Source: Actinomycetota bacterium (GTDB lineage Bacteria > Actinomycetota > Actinomycetes > S36-B12). Taken from it: DNA of 64,000 nt. The number at the start of each line of letters is the position of its first letter. Positions within the stretch are counted from its first letter, which is position 1. Position numbers and translations under genes: made by a program. Location: NCBI GenBank assembly GCA_947449035.1, contig CANFQC010000005.1, forward strand, positions 6,765-70,764. The letters are read 5' to 3'. Below are positions 10,253 through 18,743 of the stretch, in pieces. The notes beneath the pieces were generated by a model that made no database searches, was not told the origin of the DNA, and saw only the letters and a list, made by a program, of their open reading frames with translations.

Positions 10253-10512
10253 GCTGCGGTAACCGTCACGCCACCCCGTGCACCGAGGTTCTCTCGCTGG
10301 TTTATGTCTACATCGACAACGAGTGCGAAGAGATGCAGAGCATTGAGGTCACGACTCATCTTGAGGAGTGCGGCCCGTGCGCCGACATCGTGCAGGTCGA
10401 GCGAGTCATCAAGGCACGAGTCAAGAGCTCCTGCGAATGCACTGAAGCACCTGAGACACTACGAGCCTCGATCGTTACCTCGATCCGAGCGACGTACTAC
10501 CGAAGCGAATAG
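10249..10512 (+). CDS. rshA: Zinc-binding anti-sigma factor (ZAS; RshA/RsrA type)
   Basis: HxxxCxxC motif (HLEECGPC) plus an upstream Cys (TPCTEV). ATGA overlap with the sigH stop. Confidence 0.85.
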   Translation: MSCGNRHATPCTEVLSLVYVYIDNECEEMQSIEVTTHLEECGPCADIVQVERVIKARVKSSCECTEAPETLRASIVTSIRATYYRSE

Positions 10513-10520
10513 GAGCCCCC

Positions 10521-10736
10521 ATGTCTGTGACCGTGCGTGCCGAGATGGTGGCCTCTGTTCATTCCGTACTCGTCGAGGCCGGCCAGGCCGTCGAGGTCGG
10601 CGATACCTTGATGATTCTCGAATCCATGAAGATGGAGATTCCGGTGCTCTCCGAATCGGCCGGCACTGTGAGTGAGATCGCCGTCGCCCCCGGCGACGTC
10701 ATTCGCGAGGGCGATGTCCTCGCGATCGTCATCTGA
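10521..10736 (+). CDS. Small stand-alone biotinyl/lipoyl-carrier domain protein (TB7.3/Rv3221c-like)
   Basis: 71 aa with an intact biotinylation hairpin LESMKMEIPV. AGGAG-type RBS (taggagccccc ATG). Same position as Rv3221c between rshA and pdtaS. Confidence 0.8.
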   Translation: MSVTVRAEMVASVHSVLVEAGQAVEVGDTLMILESMKMEIPVLSESAGTVSEIAVAPGDVIREGDVLAIVI

Positions 10737-10803
10737 ACCATCTCCGAAGCCTCTGCTCGGAGTGTTCAGCGTCTCGTCAGCCCCTCGAAGGTAATCTCGT
10801 CAC

Positions 10804-12219
10804 GTGGCGATCCTCAATCGGCTGGCAGAAGAGCGGACCGACCTCTCCGCGCTGCAAATCGAACGTCTCCACCTGATCGTTGCCGAATGGTCGCTTCTGG
10901 CTGATCTCGCGGCAAGTGATCTCGTGCTCTGGCTTCCCACGTGGAATGAGGGCGGACTGATAGCGGTTGCTCAGGTCCGTGCGACGACCGCGCCCACGAA
11001 TATGCCCGATGACGTGGTGGGCACCTTCGTGGCTAAGGGTCGATCACCGCATCTGGATCAGGCTGCGGCCTTTGGTCGGATCACGGGTGTTGCGTACCCA
11101 GTGAATCTCGAGGGCGAAGTGATCGGCATCGTCGAACGCCATTCATCTCCCACGCGTCGAGTGACAGGTCAGCTCGAGGACATTTACCTGCAGACGGCCG
11201 ATGATCTCTTTTCGATGCTTGTCTCGGGCGACTTCCCGTCTTCTGAGATCGTGACGGGCGCATCGGGATCCCCACGTGTCGGTGATGGCCTGATTCGACT
11301 CGATGAACAGGGCGCGGTCATCTATGCAAGCCCCAATGCCGTGAGCGCGATGCGCCGCCTGGGCCTCGCTACTGAACTCATTGGCGCTGATCTCTGCGCG
11401 TTGCTGATCAAGCTCTCGCACAAGCACGGTCCAGTTGATGAGGCACTAGCGCAGGTCGCAAGCGGCCAGGTCGCCGGTCGGGCAGATGTCGACAACGGCA
11501 CTGCCACGGTTCTCGTCAGAGGGATTCCGATACTTGAGGGTGGGATTCGTCAAGGCGCGATTGTCCTCGTGCGAGATGCAACGGAGATTCGACGCCGCGA
11601 GCGCGCGTTGATGAGCAAGGACGCCACGATCCGCGAGATCCACCATCGGGTGAAGAACAACCTGCAGACCGTGGCTGCGCTCCTGCGGCTCCAGGGTCGT
11701 CGCGCCCAGAGCGAGGAAACTCGCGAGGCACTCGCCGAGGCTCAGTTGCGCGTCGCTTCCATTGCCGTCGTACATGAGAGCCTCTCGAAGGCCGGCAGTG
11801 AGGATGTGCCGTTCGAAGAGGTAGTCGATCGAGTGATCTCGCTCGTGCGCGATCTTGCTCCCGCGTATGCAGTAGCGGGCGTAACTGCGGTCATCGAGCG
11901 CGAGGGGGAGTGCTCGGCACTGGCGGAGGAACTTGTTACGCCGCTGGCGATGGCAGTTTCTGAGTTGCTGCAGAACGCAGTCGAACATGCCAAGGCGGCG
12001 CGCATTCGGGTCGTGATCAGTGAAGGCGCAGGCGGCATCACCATTGATGTCGTCGATGACGGTTCTGGCCTGCCCGAGGGCTTCACGATGGAATCGGCCG
12101 GGCTCGGACTGCAGATCGTGGAGTCACTCGTGCAGAACGAGGCTCGCGGAAACTTCCGACTCATGCCGAGCGACGGCCATGGCACAGCGGCCCGCATTGA
12201 GGTTCGGGCGGGAAAGTAA
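10804..12219 (+). CDS. pdtaS: Soluble sensor histidine kinase PdtaS (GAF/PAS plus HisKA_2/HATPase)
   Basis: H-box EIHHRVKNNLQTVAALLRLQ, no TM segments, and a C-terminal ATPase region (DDGSGLP, GLGLQIV). Convergent with whiB1, as in M. tuberculosis Rv3220c/Rv3219. Confidence 0.8.
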   Translation: MAILNRLAEERTDLSALQIERLHLIVAEWSLLADLAASDLVLWLPTWNEGGLIAVAQVRATTAPTNMPDDVVGTFVAKGRSPHLDQAAAFGRITGVAYPVNLEGEVIGIVERHSSPTRRVTGQLEDIYLQTADDLFSMLVSGDFPSSEIVTGASGSPRVGDGLIRLDEQGAVIYASPNAVSAMRRLGLATELIGADLCALLIKLSHKHGPVDEALAQVASGQVAGRADVDNGTATVLVRGIPILEGGIRQGAIVLVRDATEIRRRERALMSKDATIREIHHRVKNNLQTVAALLRLQGRRAQSEETREALAEAQLRVASIAVVHESLSKAGSEDVPFEEVVDRVISLVRDLAPAYAVAGVTAVIEREGECSALAEELVTPLAMAVSELLQNAVEHAKAARIRVVISEGAGGITIDVVDDGSGLPEGFTMESAGLGLQIVESLVQNEARGNFRLMPSDGHGTAARIEVRAGK

Positions 12220-12226
12220 GAAGTGG

Positions 12227-12481
12227 CTAGGCGTTGCTGCGAGCCCGCAGGCGGGCATTGCGGCGCTTGAGAGCGCGGCGCTCATCCTCGGAGAGACCGC
12301 CCCAGACACCGGCATCCTGACCGGACTCGAGGGCCCAGCGCAGGCATTCGTCGACCACGCTACAGCGACGGCAGACGACCTTGGCTTCTTCGATCTGCAC
12401 CAGCGCGGGGCCGGTATTGCCGATCGGGAAGAACAACTCCGGGTCTTCGTCACGGCAGGCACTCTCGTGGCGCCAGTCCAT
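12227..12481 (-). CDS. whiB1: WhiB-family [4Fe-4S] transcriptional regulator, WhiB1-like
   Basis: Four Cys (C..CRRCSVVDEC), GVWGG turn and a basic C-terminal tail. Start taken at MDWRHESACRDEDPELFFP. Confidence 0.9.
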   Translation of the reverse strand: MDWRHESACRDEDPELFFPIGNTGPALVQIEEAKVVCRRCSVVDECLRWALESGQDAGVWGGLSEDERRALKRRNARLRARSNA

Positions 12482-12524
12482 GCGGATCACTCCATTAGGC
12501 GAGGGCATCGGGGTCACCGACACT

Positions 12525-12540
12525 CGTGATTGCTTTCACG
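12525..12540. promoter_or_regulatory. Candidate CRP/GlxR-family operator (CGTGA-N6-TCACG) in the whiB1 upstream region
   Basis: Perfect inverted repeat cGTGAttgcttTCACg, 44-59 nt upstream of the whiB1 ATG. In M. tuberculosis, whiB1 is CRP(Rv3676)-regulated through TGTGA-N6-TCACA-like sites. Confidence 0.45.
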
Positions 12541-12721
12541 AGACTGGCACATCAAAGGGGGCGACCCAGGGGTCTCCCGGTCGTCCCCGGAGGAAGAAAG
12601 CCAGCCCGATCCAGCAAAGGGCCCTCATAGGTTCGCAGATGTTGCTGCTGTGAACAAGGGGAATCACCGAAAATTGAATGCTTAACTTGTCAGGTTGGTC
12701 ACAAGTGCGGCATTTGTCCGT

Positions 12722-13651
12722 TTATTGAACAGCAACCACCCTGAGGGCAGCGGGCACCGAGCTGAACTCGGCCACGGTCACCTCAGGGGTTGACTCACCA
12801 TCGACCTGCATCGGCATCGGGCGGCTGCAGGCGATGGTGAAGGAGTCCAGATCGTGGCGCACCACGATCGAGTCCTTGGTCGAGCCGGCGGTCGAATGGG
12901 CAAGCATGCGGCGCGCTGCTCGCATGGTCGAGACAACCCGAAGCTTGCGCATCGCGAAGACATCGAGACCGGAGTCGAAGGAGGCCTGAGGGCACGGGTC
13001 AATGGGCCAGGACCCGAAATAGGTCCAAGGTGCGGTGTTCTGGACGATGGCCAAGAAGACGCCATCATCGGTTCCCGCCACCGAGTTCAAGGTGAGCGCT
13101 GGATTCTTGCGGTCAGTGCGCGCGAAGTACTGACGCAAGGTGGTCATCAGATAGCGCGTCGGTGAGGCGGTACGACCGGCGCTGCGCTGCGCCTCCATGT
13201 CAGAGATGATCTCGGCATCGAGGCCGACACCGGCATTACTGGTGAACCATCGGCCGTTGACCTGTCCGAGACCGATGGTGCGGGTGCGGTTCGACCTGAT
13301 CGCTTCCATGATCTCGCCGGTGGCTTCGACTGCATCGACCGGAATGCCGAGTGCGCGGGCGAAGACGTTGCCGCTGCCGCCGGGCACGGTAGCAAGGATC
13401 GGGACGTCTTCACCGATGCCCTCCTGGAGCATCCCGTTCACGACCTCGTTCACTACGCCGTCTCCACCGAGCGTGATGACGATGTCGAGGCCCTGCGCCC
13501 TGGCGGCCCGGCCAAGTTCGAATCCATGGCCTCGGTGGGTGGTCATCGTGACCTGAAGATCGAGTTCATTCGACAGTGCATTGACGATGACGTCAGTGAC
13601 TCGAGCAGAGGTGGTGGTCGCACGGGGATTGACGACTAGTAGCCCGCGCAT
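12722..13651 (-). CDS. Diacylglycerol/lipid kinase family protein (DAGK catalytic domain)
   Basis: NP.A/GGDG motif (ITLGGDGVVNEVVNG) and VPGGSGNVFARALG. The start at MRGLLVVNP is preceded by GGGAGGC. Confidence 0.8.
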   Translation of the reverse strand: MRGLLVVNPRATTTSARVTDVIVNALSNELDLQVTMTTHRGHGFELGRAARAQGLDIVITLGGDGVVNEVVNGMLQEGIGEDVPILATVPGGSGNVFARALGIPVDAVEATGEIMEAIRSNRTRTIGLGQVNGRWFTSNAGVGLDAEIISDMEAQRSAGRTASPTRYLMTTLRQYFARTDRKNPALTLNSVAGTDDGVFLAIVQNTAPWTYFGSWPIDPCPQASFDSGLDVFAMRKLRVVSTMRAARRMLAHSTAGSTKDSIVVRHDLDSFTIACSRPMPMQVDGESTPEVTVAEFSSVPAALRVVAVQ

Positions 13652-13695
13652 GCCTCCCACCATAACCAAGTCATCGCGACGTTTAGGCTGCTCCC

Positions 13696-14109
13696 ATGCC
13701 TCGTCCGACGCGCTCCTTTGCAGCAATTGCCGCCATCGCGGCCATCGAGGGGCTCGGACTCGTCATCTACGCGATCTTCGACATCATCGAGGCTGTGCGG
13801 GTCGGTATCACCGGCCCGGCAGATGTCTCGAATCCGGCTGCGCTGTTCCTGCTTATCGTCATCTATTCGGTGCTCGGTGCCGGGCTGCTGCTCGTGGCTC
13901 GCGCATGGTGGCTCATGCGCACCTGGCAGCGAGGGGCCTTCATTCTCGCTCAGGTGATTGCGCTGCTGGTCTTCTTCGATCTCACGCAGTCGAGTGAGAC
14001 CTTGCCGCGCTCGGTGGGCCTGCTCATCTTCTTGATGGCGATCGCCGGCATCGTGCTGGTCTTCACCCCCGGGGTGCTGCGGGTATTCCGCGAGGCCCAG
14101 CGGCGCTAG
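13696..14109 (+). CDS. Small integral membrane protein (about 4 TM), unknown function
   Basis: Four hydrophobic segments and coding-like GC3 bias. No recognisable motif. Confidence 0.5.
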   Translation: MPRPTRSFAAIAAIAAIEGLGLVIYAIFDIIEAVRVGITGPADVSNPAALFLLIVIYSVLGAGLLLVARAWWLMRTWQRGAFILAQVIALLVFFDLTQSSETLPRSVGLLIFLMAIAGIVLVFTPGVLRVFREAQRR

Positions 14110-14900
14110 TCGGCTGTCAGGCCTTCGCGCAGTTCGCCAAGGGCTCGAGCGAGCAATCGCGATACATGCATCTGTGAGATGCCCACCTGCTCGGCGATCT
14201 CACTTTGGCTCATGTTCTTGAAGAAGCGCATCATGATGATCTGCCGTTCACGCTCGGGTAACTTCTCCAGTAATGGCCGTAGTGATTCGCGGTACTCGAC
14301 CTCTTCCATTCCCGGATCCTCGAATCCGAACGTGGAAGCGACACCACCGCGCTCATCATCACCATCGTCATCGAGTGATTTCGCGCTATAGGCAGCCTGA
14401 GCCTCCAAAACCTCGAGAACCTCTTCGGGTGCAATGCCCACCCGATCGGCAATCTCGCGGACAGTGGGGGATCGGTGCAGTTCACCGGTGAGATCCTCGG
14501 TCGCCGTATAGATCGGTCCGCGCAGTTCTTGAAGCCTGCGGGGCAGGCGAATCGTGGTTGTGCGATCGCGGAAATGGCGCTTGATCTCGCCCACGATGGT
14601 GGGAGTCGCAAACGTACTGAACTCCAGGCCACGTTCGATCTCAAAGCGATCGATAGCGCTGATCAAGCCAATGGTGCCTACCTGCACCAGGTCGTCGTAA
14701 TTCTCACCGCGATCGCGGTAACGCCGTGCGATGTGATGAACGAGCGGCAGGTGCATGGTGATGAGCTCATCGCGGGCAGCGCTGAAGTCGGCCGTGCCCC
14801 CCGATGACGAAGCCAGCAGTTCGAGCAACACACGCTCTCGCGCACGCTGCTCATCACCCCACCTCTCATCACCGGGTGGGCTGGTCTCGGCTGAGGTCAC
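14106..14900 (-). CDS. Group-3 sigma-70 factor of the SigF/SigB family
   Basis: Regions 2-4 are recognisable (DLVQVGTIGLISAIDRF, FSTFATPTIVGEIKRHFRD, SQSEIAEQVGISQMHVSRL). Its start overlaps the stop of the upstream RsbW-like anti-sigma gene (ATGA-type, 14897-14900). Confidence 0.85.
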   Translation of the reverse strand: MTSAETSPPGDERWGDEQRARERVLLELLASSSGGTADFSAARDELITMHLPLVHHIARRYRDRGENYDDLVQVGTIGLISAIDRFEIERGLEFSTFATPTIVGEIKRHFRDRTTTIRLPRRLQELRGPIYTATEDLTGELHRSPTVREIADRVGIAPEEVLEVLEAQAAYSAKSLDDDGDDERGGVASTFGFEDPGMEEVEYRESLRPLLEKLPERERQIIMMRFFKNMSQSEIAEQVGISQMHVSRLLARALGELREGLTAD

Positions 14901-15277
14901 GCGCTGACCGGCTCGTGACGCTTGACGTGCAGGGTGAGGCAGACCTCGTCGGCTTCGACGGATGCTGTGACGATGTCGACCAAAGCCGTGAGAACGGTCC
15001 AGCCGAAGGTATTGGTCGCCGGCACTGCCCCGCTAGCGGTTGTGCCGCGCACCTCGATGCGAAGTGAACCGTGTGCTTCGACGAACACGCAACGCAACTC
15101 GCTGCCGGGCACCGCATCGAGTACGAGTTGTGCTGCTGCCTCATCGACAGCGAGGCGAAGGTCTTCGAGCTGATCGATCGGCAGATCGGCGCGCACGGCC
15201 ATTGCGGCAGCCATGGTGCGGGCCAGCGAGACGTACTGAGTCTGGGCGGGGAAGCTCACGGTCACGGCGTTGGTCAT
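14897..15277 (-). CDS. Anti-sigma factor, RsbW/UsfX-like (HATPase-fold)
   Basis: 126 aa, located immediately upstream of and overlapping the SigF-family gene. The start at MTNAVTVSF is preceded by a GGAG RBS. Weak resemblance to UsfX. Confidence 0.6.
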   Translation of the reverse strand: MTNAVTVSFPAQTQYVSLARTMAAAMAVRADLPIDQLEDLRLAVDEAAAQLVLDAVPGSELRCVFVEAHGSLRIEVRGTTASGAVPATNTFGWTVLTALVDIVTASVEADEVCLTLHVKRHEPVSA

Positions 15278-15309
15278 GTCACTCCTTCTCGGCCCCAAGT
15301 ATCCAGGCT

Positions 15310-15789
15310 TCAGCGCTCGAGACGGGCCAAGTTCACGAGTGCGTCGCCTTCGACTCGATAGGGCACCCACTCGGTCAAGCCCTCGGCGCCGAGTGCGGCA
15401 TAGAAATCGCGACTTGGGGTATTCCAGTCGAGCACGCTCCAGTCGAGGCGGCCGTACCCCTTCTCGACACATTCCTGTGCAAGGCGAATAAGCAGTGCCT
15501 TTCCGAAGCCACGGCCGCGGAAGGCAGGGCGCACATAGAGATCCTCAAGAAAGATGCCGTGGCGGCCGAGCCACGTCGAGTAGTTCAGGAAGTAGCACGC
15601 GTAGGCGACCACCTCGCCCTCATGCTCGACGACCAGAGCGTGCACGCGCGGATTCTCGCCGAAGAGGTCGCGAGTGAAGTCAGCCTCCGTGGCGATTGCC
15701 TGCTCAGGCAACTTCTCGTACTCAGCGAGCTCGAGGACCATCGCGATCAACTCAGGAACATCGCGGGGCTCTGCGGGGCGAAGGCTCAT
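15310..15789 (-). CDS. GNAT-family N-acetyltransferase (diamine/spermidine acetyltransferase-like)
   Basis: Acetyl-CoA-binding motif RGRGFGKALL, and LEDLYVRPAFRG. Confidence 0.8.
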   Translation of the reverse strand: MSLRPAEPRDVPELIAMVLELAEYEKLPEQAIATEADFTRDLFGENPRVHALVVEHEGEVVAYACYFLNYSTWLGRHGIFLEDLYVRPAFRGRGFGKALLIRLAQECVEKGYGRLDWSVLDWNTPSRDFYAALGAEGLTEWVPYRVEGDALVNLARLER

Positions 15790-15857
15790 GCCCTAAGTAT
15801 TCGCTCTCCGAGATTCAGGTGCGCGAAGACCCACGTATGCGCACGGGAGGGAGCCTC

Positions 15858-16631
15858 GTGAGGAAGTATGTCCCCGTGACGAATCTGGACTGGCTGATCG
15901 CCATTGCACTCGCGGCAAGCCTGGCCGTGGCCCATCTGACAGCTTCAAAGGTCGCCGCGTGGCCGCAAAAGACGCAGGACTCCCTCGCCTCGGTGGGCGG
16001 TGGCGTGGCAATCGCCTACGTGTTCGTGCATCTCATGCCTGAGCTCGCCACCGGTGGCAAGGAGCTCTCGGATGCCAATGTCGTGCCATTCGCGCCGACA
16101 CCGGTGGCTGAGGCAACGCTTTTCCTTGTCGCTCTTATTGGTCTGGTGATCTATTTCGCCCTCGACGTCCGGTCGGATGAAGGTCGACTCTCGACGAAAC
16201 GGGCTTTCCGTATTCACCTGGTGTCGTTTGCCGTGATCAGCGGTCTCTACGCCTACACGATGCCGTCGCTCGTCTCCACCGGCTGGGATTACGCAGTGCT
16301 CCTGACATCAGTGGTCTTCGCTCACACTCTGCTCGCGGATCGAGCGTTGGCACGTGCTCATCCGCACCAGTTCAATTACGAGACTCGCTGGGTGGGTATC
16401 GTCGCCATCGTGCTGGGCCTCGCCGCCGCATACTTCTTGCCGCCCGCATCCGATGTCGCCCTCGCAATTGCCACGGCATTCCTCGGTGGCAGCCTCTTGA
16501 TGACTACCTTCCGCGAAGAATTGCCCGCGGCATCACGAGCACGGCTTCCGTGGTTCCTGCTCGGAACTGCGGTGATGACCGGCCTGCTGATCTTCGTCCT
16601 GGACATCAGCAGCCGCGGGCACGCCGCCTGA
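15858..16631 (+). CDS. Polytopic membrane protein, possibly a distant ZIP-like metal transporter
   Basis: About 8 TM helices. FVHLMPELA resembles the ZIP HExPxE helix. The GTG start is preceded by GGGAGGGAG. It ends at a hairpin shared with sodN. The functional call is tentative. Confidence 0.4.
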   Translation: MRKYVPVTNLDWLIAIALAASLAVAHLTASKVAAWPQKTQDSLASVGGGVAIAYVFVHLMPELATGGKELSDANVVPFAPTPVAEATLFLVALIGLVIYFALDVRSDEGRLSTKRAFRIHLVSFAVISGLYAYTMPSLVSTGWDYAVLLTSVVFAHTLLADRALARAHPHQFNYETRWVGIVAIVLGLAAAYFLPPASDVALAIATAFLGGSLLMTTFREELPAASRARLPWFLLGTAVMTGLLIFVLDISSRGHAA

Positions 16632-16657
16632 TCCACACGTCGTTCAAGGGTTGAACA

Positions 16658-16696
16658 ATGATGAAGCCCCCGCCGATTCGGCGGGGGCTTCATCAT
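16658..16696. terminator. Bidirectional intrinsic terminator hairpin (perfect 17-bp stem)
   Basis: atgatgaagcccccgcc-gattc-ggcgggggcttcatcat, between the convergent membrane-protein gene and sodN. Confidence 0.75.
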
Positions 16697-16711
16697 GAAG
16701 TGCATGTCGAA

Positions 16712-17113
16712 CTACGCCTTCTTGGTCTCCCAGAAGATCGCGGCAATCTCGTCGATCTTGGCGAGCAGCGCATCGGCGACTACAACGTCGGTGGTCGACT
16801 TGGTGCCGCCGGCACCGGCGAGCTTGGTGGCCTCGTTGAAGAGGGCGTTCAGGTTCGGGTACTTCTCGAAGTGCGGGGCCTTGAAGTAGTCGGTCCAAAG
16901 GACCCAGAGGTGCTCCTTGACCATGCTCGAACGGTCTTCCTTGATCGCGATGGCGCGAGCCTTGAACTCTGCATCGGAGGAGTCGTTGAACTTGACCATG
17001 CATGCCTTGACGGACTCAGCCTCGATGCGGGCCTGAGCGGGGTCGTACACGCCGCAGGGGAGATCGCAGTGAGCGTAAGCAGTTGTGCGGGGAGTGAAGA
17101 TGCGGGACAGCAT
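16712..17113 (-). CDS. sodN: Nickel-containing superoxide dismutase precursor
   Basis: A 14-aa propeptide MLSRIFTPRTTAYA is followed by the Ni-hook HCDLPCGVYDP. 133 aa in total. Confidence 0.95.
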   Translation of the reverse strand: MLSRIFTPRTTAYAHCDLPCGVYDPAQARIEAESVKACMVKFNDSSDAEFKARAIAIKEDRSSMVKEHLWVLWTDYFKAPHFEKYPNLNALFNEATKLAGAGGTKSTTDVVVADALLAKIDEIAAIFWETKKA

Positions 17114-17207
17114 GTGAACCCTTTCGGTTGGCGGAACAGCCCCGGGAGGCCCCGTATGGCTATGAGGGGAGCCTACCCTCGGCGGCAAGAGGCGGCAGGA
17201 TGACCTC

Positions 17208-17516
17208 ATGGGGATTGGCTCACATCTGACCACGGTCCAGATCATCGGTCTGTCGATGGAGCCTGCCCTGAGGAATGGCGAGTGCTGGGTGGTGCGCCTT
17301 GGCGCCAAGGTGTCAGTCGGAGATGTCGTGCTGGCCGTTCACCCGCTGCGCCCAGACCTGCAGATCGTGAAGCGGGTCGTTCGGGCTGAGGGGGCGAGCT
17401 GGTGGGTTGAGGGGGATAACCCCGATTCCAGTGATGACAGCCGCAGTTTTGGACCGGTTGACGCCGTCCTCGGCACGCTGGTCTTTCGCTACTCACCCCT
17501 CTTTCGGAGGGCATGA
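17208..17516 (+). CDS. sodX: Ni-SOD maturation protease (S26 signal-peptidase family)
   Basis: Divergent from sodN. Catalytic Ser motif GLSMEPAL and ...VKRVV... typical of S26 peptidases. Confidence 0.8.
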   Translation: MGIGSHLTTVQIIGLSMEPALRNGECWVVRLGAKVSVGDVVLAVHPLRPDLQIVKRVVRAEGASWWVEGDNPDSSDDSRSFGPVDAVLGTLVFRYSPLFRRA

Positions 17517-17672
17517 GGGTTTCCTCTGCTTTTCTCCCTAAGGCGCAGGGGAGGGGTGCCACGTTGCGGCCGCGTTAATTCACGTCACGAATGCGCAACT
17601 CTCCCTCCCCGGTTCGCCCGTTTTGTTAGCCTCCGTCCGTCGATTACTGCGCCCAGCGCCTGTGGAGGATGA

Positions 17673-18743
17673 GTGGCAACCGGACCAGCGTTGAGCATCG
17701 CCCGCGTGTCGAAGGCGTTCGCCACGCCTGAGGGCGGCGAGGTCAGGGCACTCGACGACGTCAGCCTGGACGTCACTGATGGTTCCTTTGTCGTACTCCT
17801 GGGGCCATCCGGCTGCGGCAAGACCACCTTGCTGCGCTGCATCGCCGGCCTGGAGACCCCTGACTCGGGTGAGATCCTGCTCCGTGGTGAGCGCATCGAT
17901 CACGTTCCCGTCTGGAAGCGTCGGGTCAACACCGTCTTCCAGTCCTACGCACTCTTTCCGCACATGACCGTCGCCCAGAACATTGCCTTCGGTCTCCAGA
18001 TGGACAAAGTGGGCAAGGCTGAGATTGAGCGCAAGGTAGGGGAGTCGCTCGAGATGGTGCGACTGTCTGGCCTGGGTTCCCGCAAACCCTCGCAGCTCTC
18101 TGGCGGCCAGCAGCAGCGTGTAGCCCTGGCTCGCGCTCTTGCGAAGGACCCCGAGGTACTTCTCCTCGACGAGCCGCTTTCGGCACTCGATCTCAAGCTG
18201 CGCCGCGGAATGCAGACCGAGCTCAAGCGACTGCAGCGCGAAACCTCGATCACCTTCGTGCTCGTCACGCATGATCAAGGCGAGGCGATGGCCATGGGTG
18301 ACCAGGTCGCAGTGTTCGACTCCGGTCGCATCGTTCAGGTCGGAAACCCGGAGGAGGTCTACCTTCGTCCACGCACGGCCTTCGTGGCCGACTTCATCGG
18401 CGAAGCGAACCTCGTTGCTGCCCAGCGTGATTCGTCATCACTGACGATCGAAGGACTAGGCGCGATCGATGCAGCGACACTGGCGAACCCGGAGGCAGTT
18501 GAGACCGGCGCTGTCACTGTCGCAATTCGGCCCGAGAACATCTCGCTGGCGGAGACCGCTGATGGCGCAGGGGTCGTGGCCGACGTGACCTTCGTCGGTG
18601 GCGATATTCATGTCGACGTCGAACTCGGCGCAAATCGACTCAACGTACGCATTCCGTCGCATGGTGCTCAGCCGCCGCGCGTCGGTGCTCGTGTTCATCC
18701 GACCTTTCTTCCCCAGTCGCTGCGAGTGCTGGCTGACTCGTGA
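17673..18743 (+). CDS. potA: ABC importer ATPase, PotA (spermidine/putrescine) type
   Basis: Walker [10 protein letters not shown], signature [15 protein letters not shown], Walker B LLLDEP and a C-terminal TOBE-like domain. GGAGGA RBS. Confidence 0.8.
   Translation: MATGPALSIARVSKAFATPEGGEVRALDDVSLDVTDGSFVVLLGPSGCGKTTLLRCIAGLETPDSGEILLRGERIDHVPVWKRRVNTVFQSYALFPHMTVAQNIAFGLQMDKVGKAEIERKVGESLEMVRLSGLGSRKPSQLSGGQQQRVALARALAKDPEVLLLDEPLSALDLKLRRGMQTELKRLQRETSITFVLVTHDQGEAMAMGDQVAVFDSGRIVQVGNPEEVYLRPRTAFVADFIGEANLVAAQRDSSSLTIEGLGAIDAATLANPEAVETGAVTVAIRPENISLAETADGAGVVADVTFVGGDIHVDVELGANRLNVRIPSHGAQPPRVGARVHPTFLPQSLRVLADS

Noticed and set aside
12649-12667. Second CRP-like element TGTGA-N10-TCAC upstream of whiB1
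   Set aside because: The half-site spacing is 10 rather than 6, so it does not fit the CRP/GlxR consensus. It is mentioned only as context.
15040-15861. 273-aa plus-strand ORF
   Set aside because: It is antisense to the anti-sigma and GNAT genes, both of which have family motifs. Its composition is Arg/Ala-rich.
17517-17672. Possible riboswitch (for example guanidine or ykkC classes) in the leader of the potABCD-like operon
   Set aside because: Some G-run/C-run complementarity exists (ggggaggg ... ccctcccc). I could not find the conserved cores of any riboswitch class I know (no ACGR tetraloop pairs, no ykkC GGGA/ACGR framework). The evidence is insufficient.
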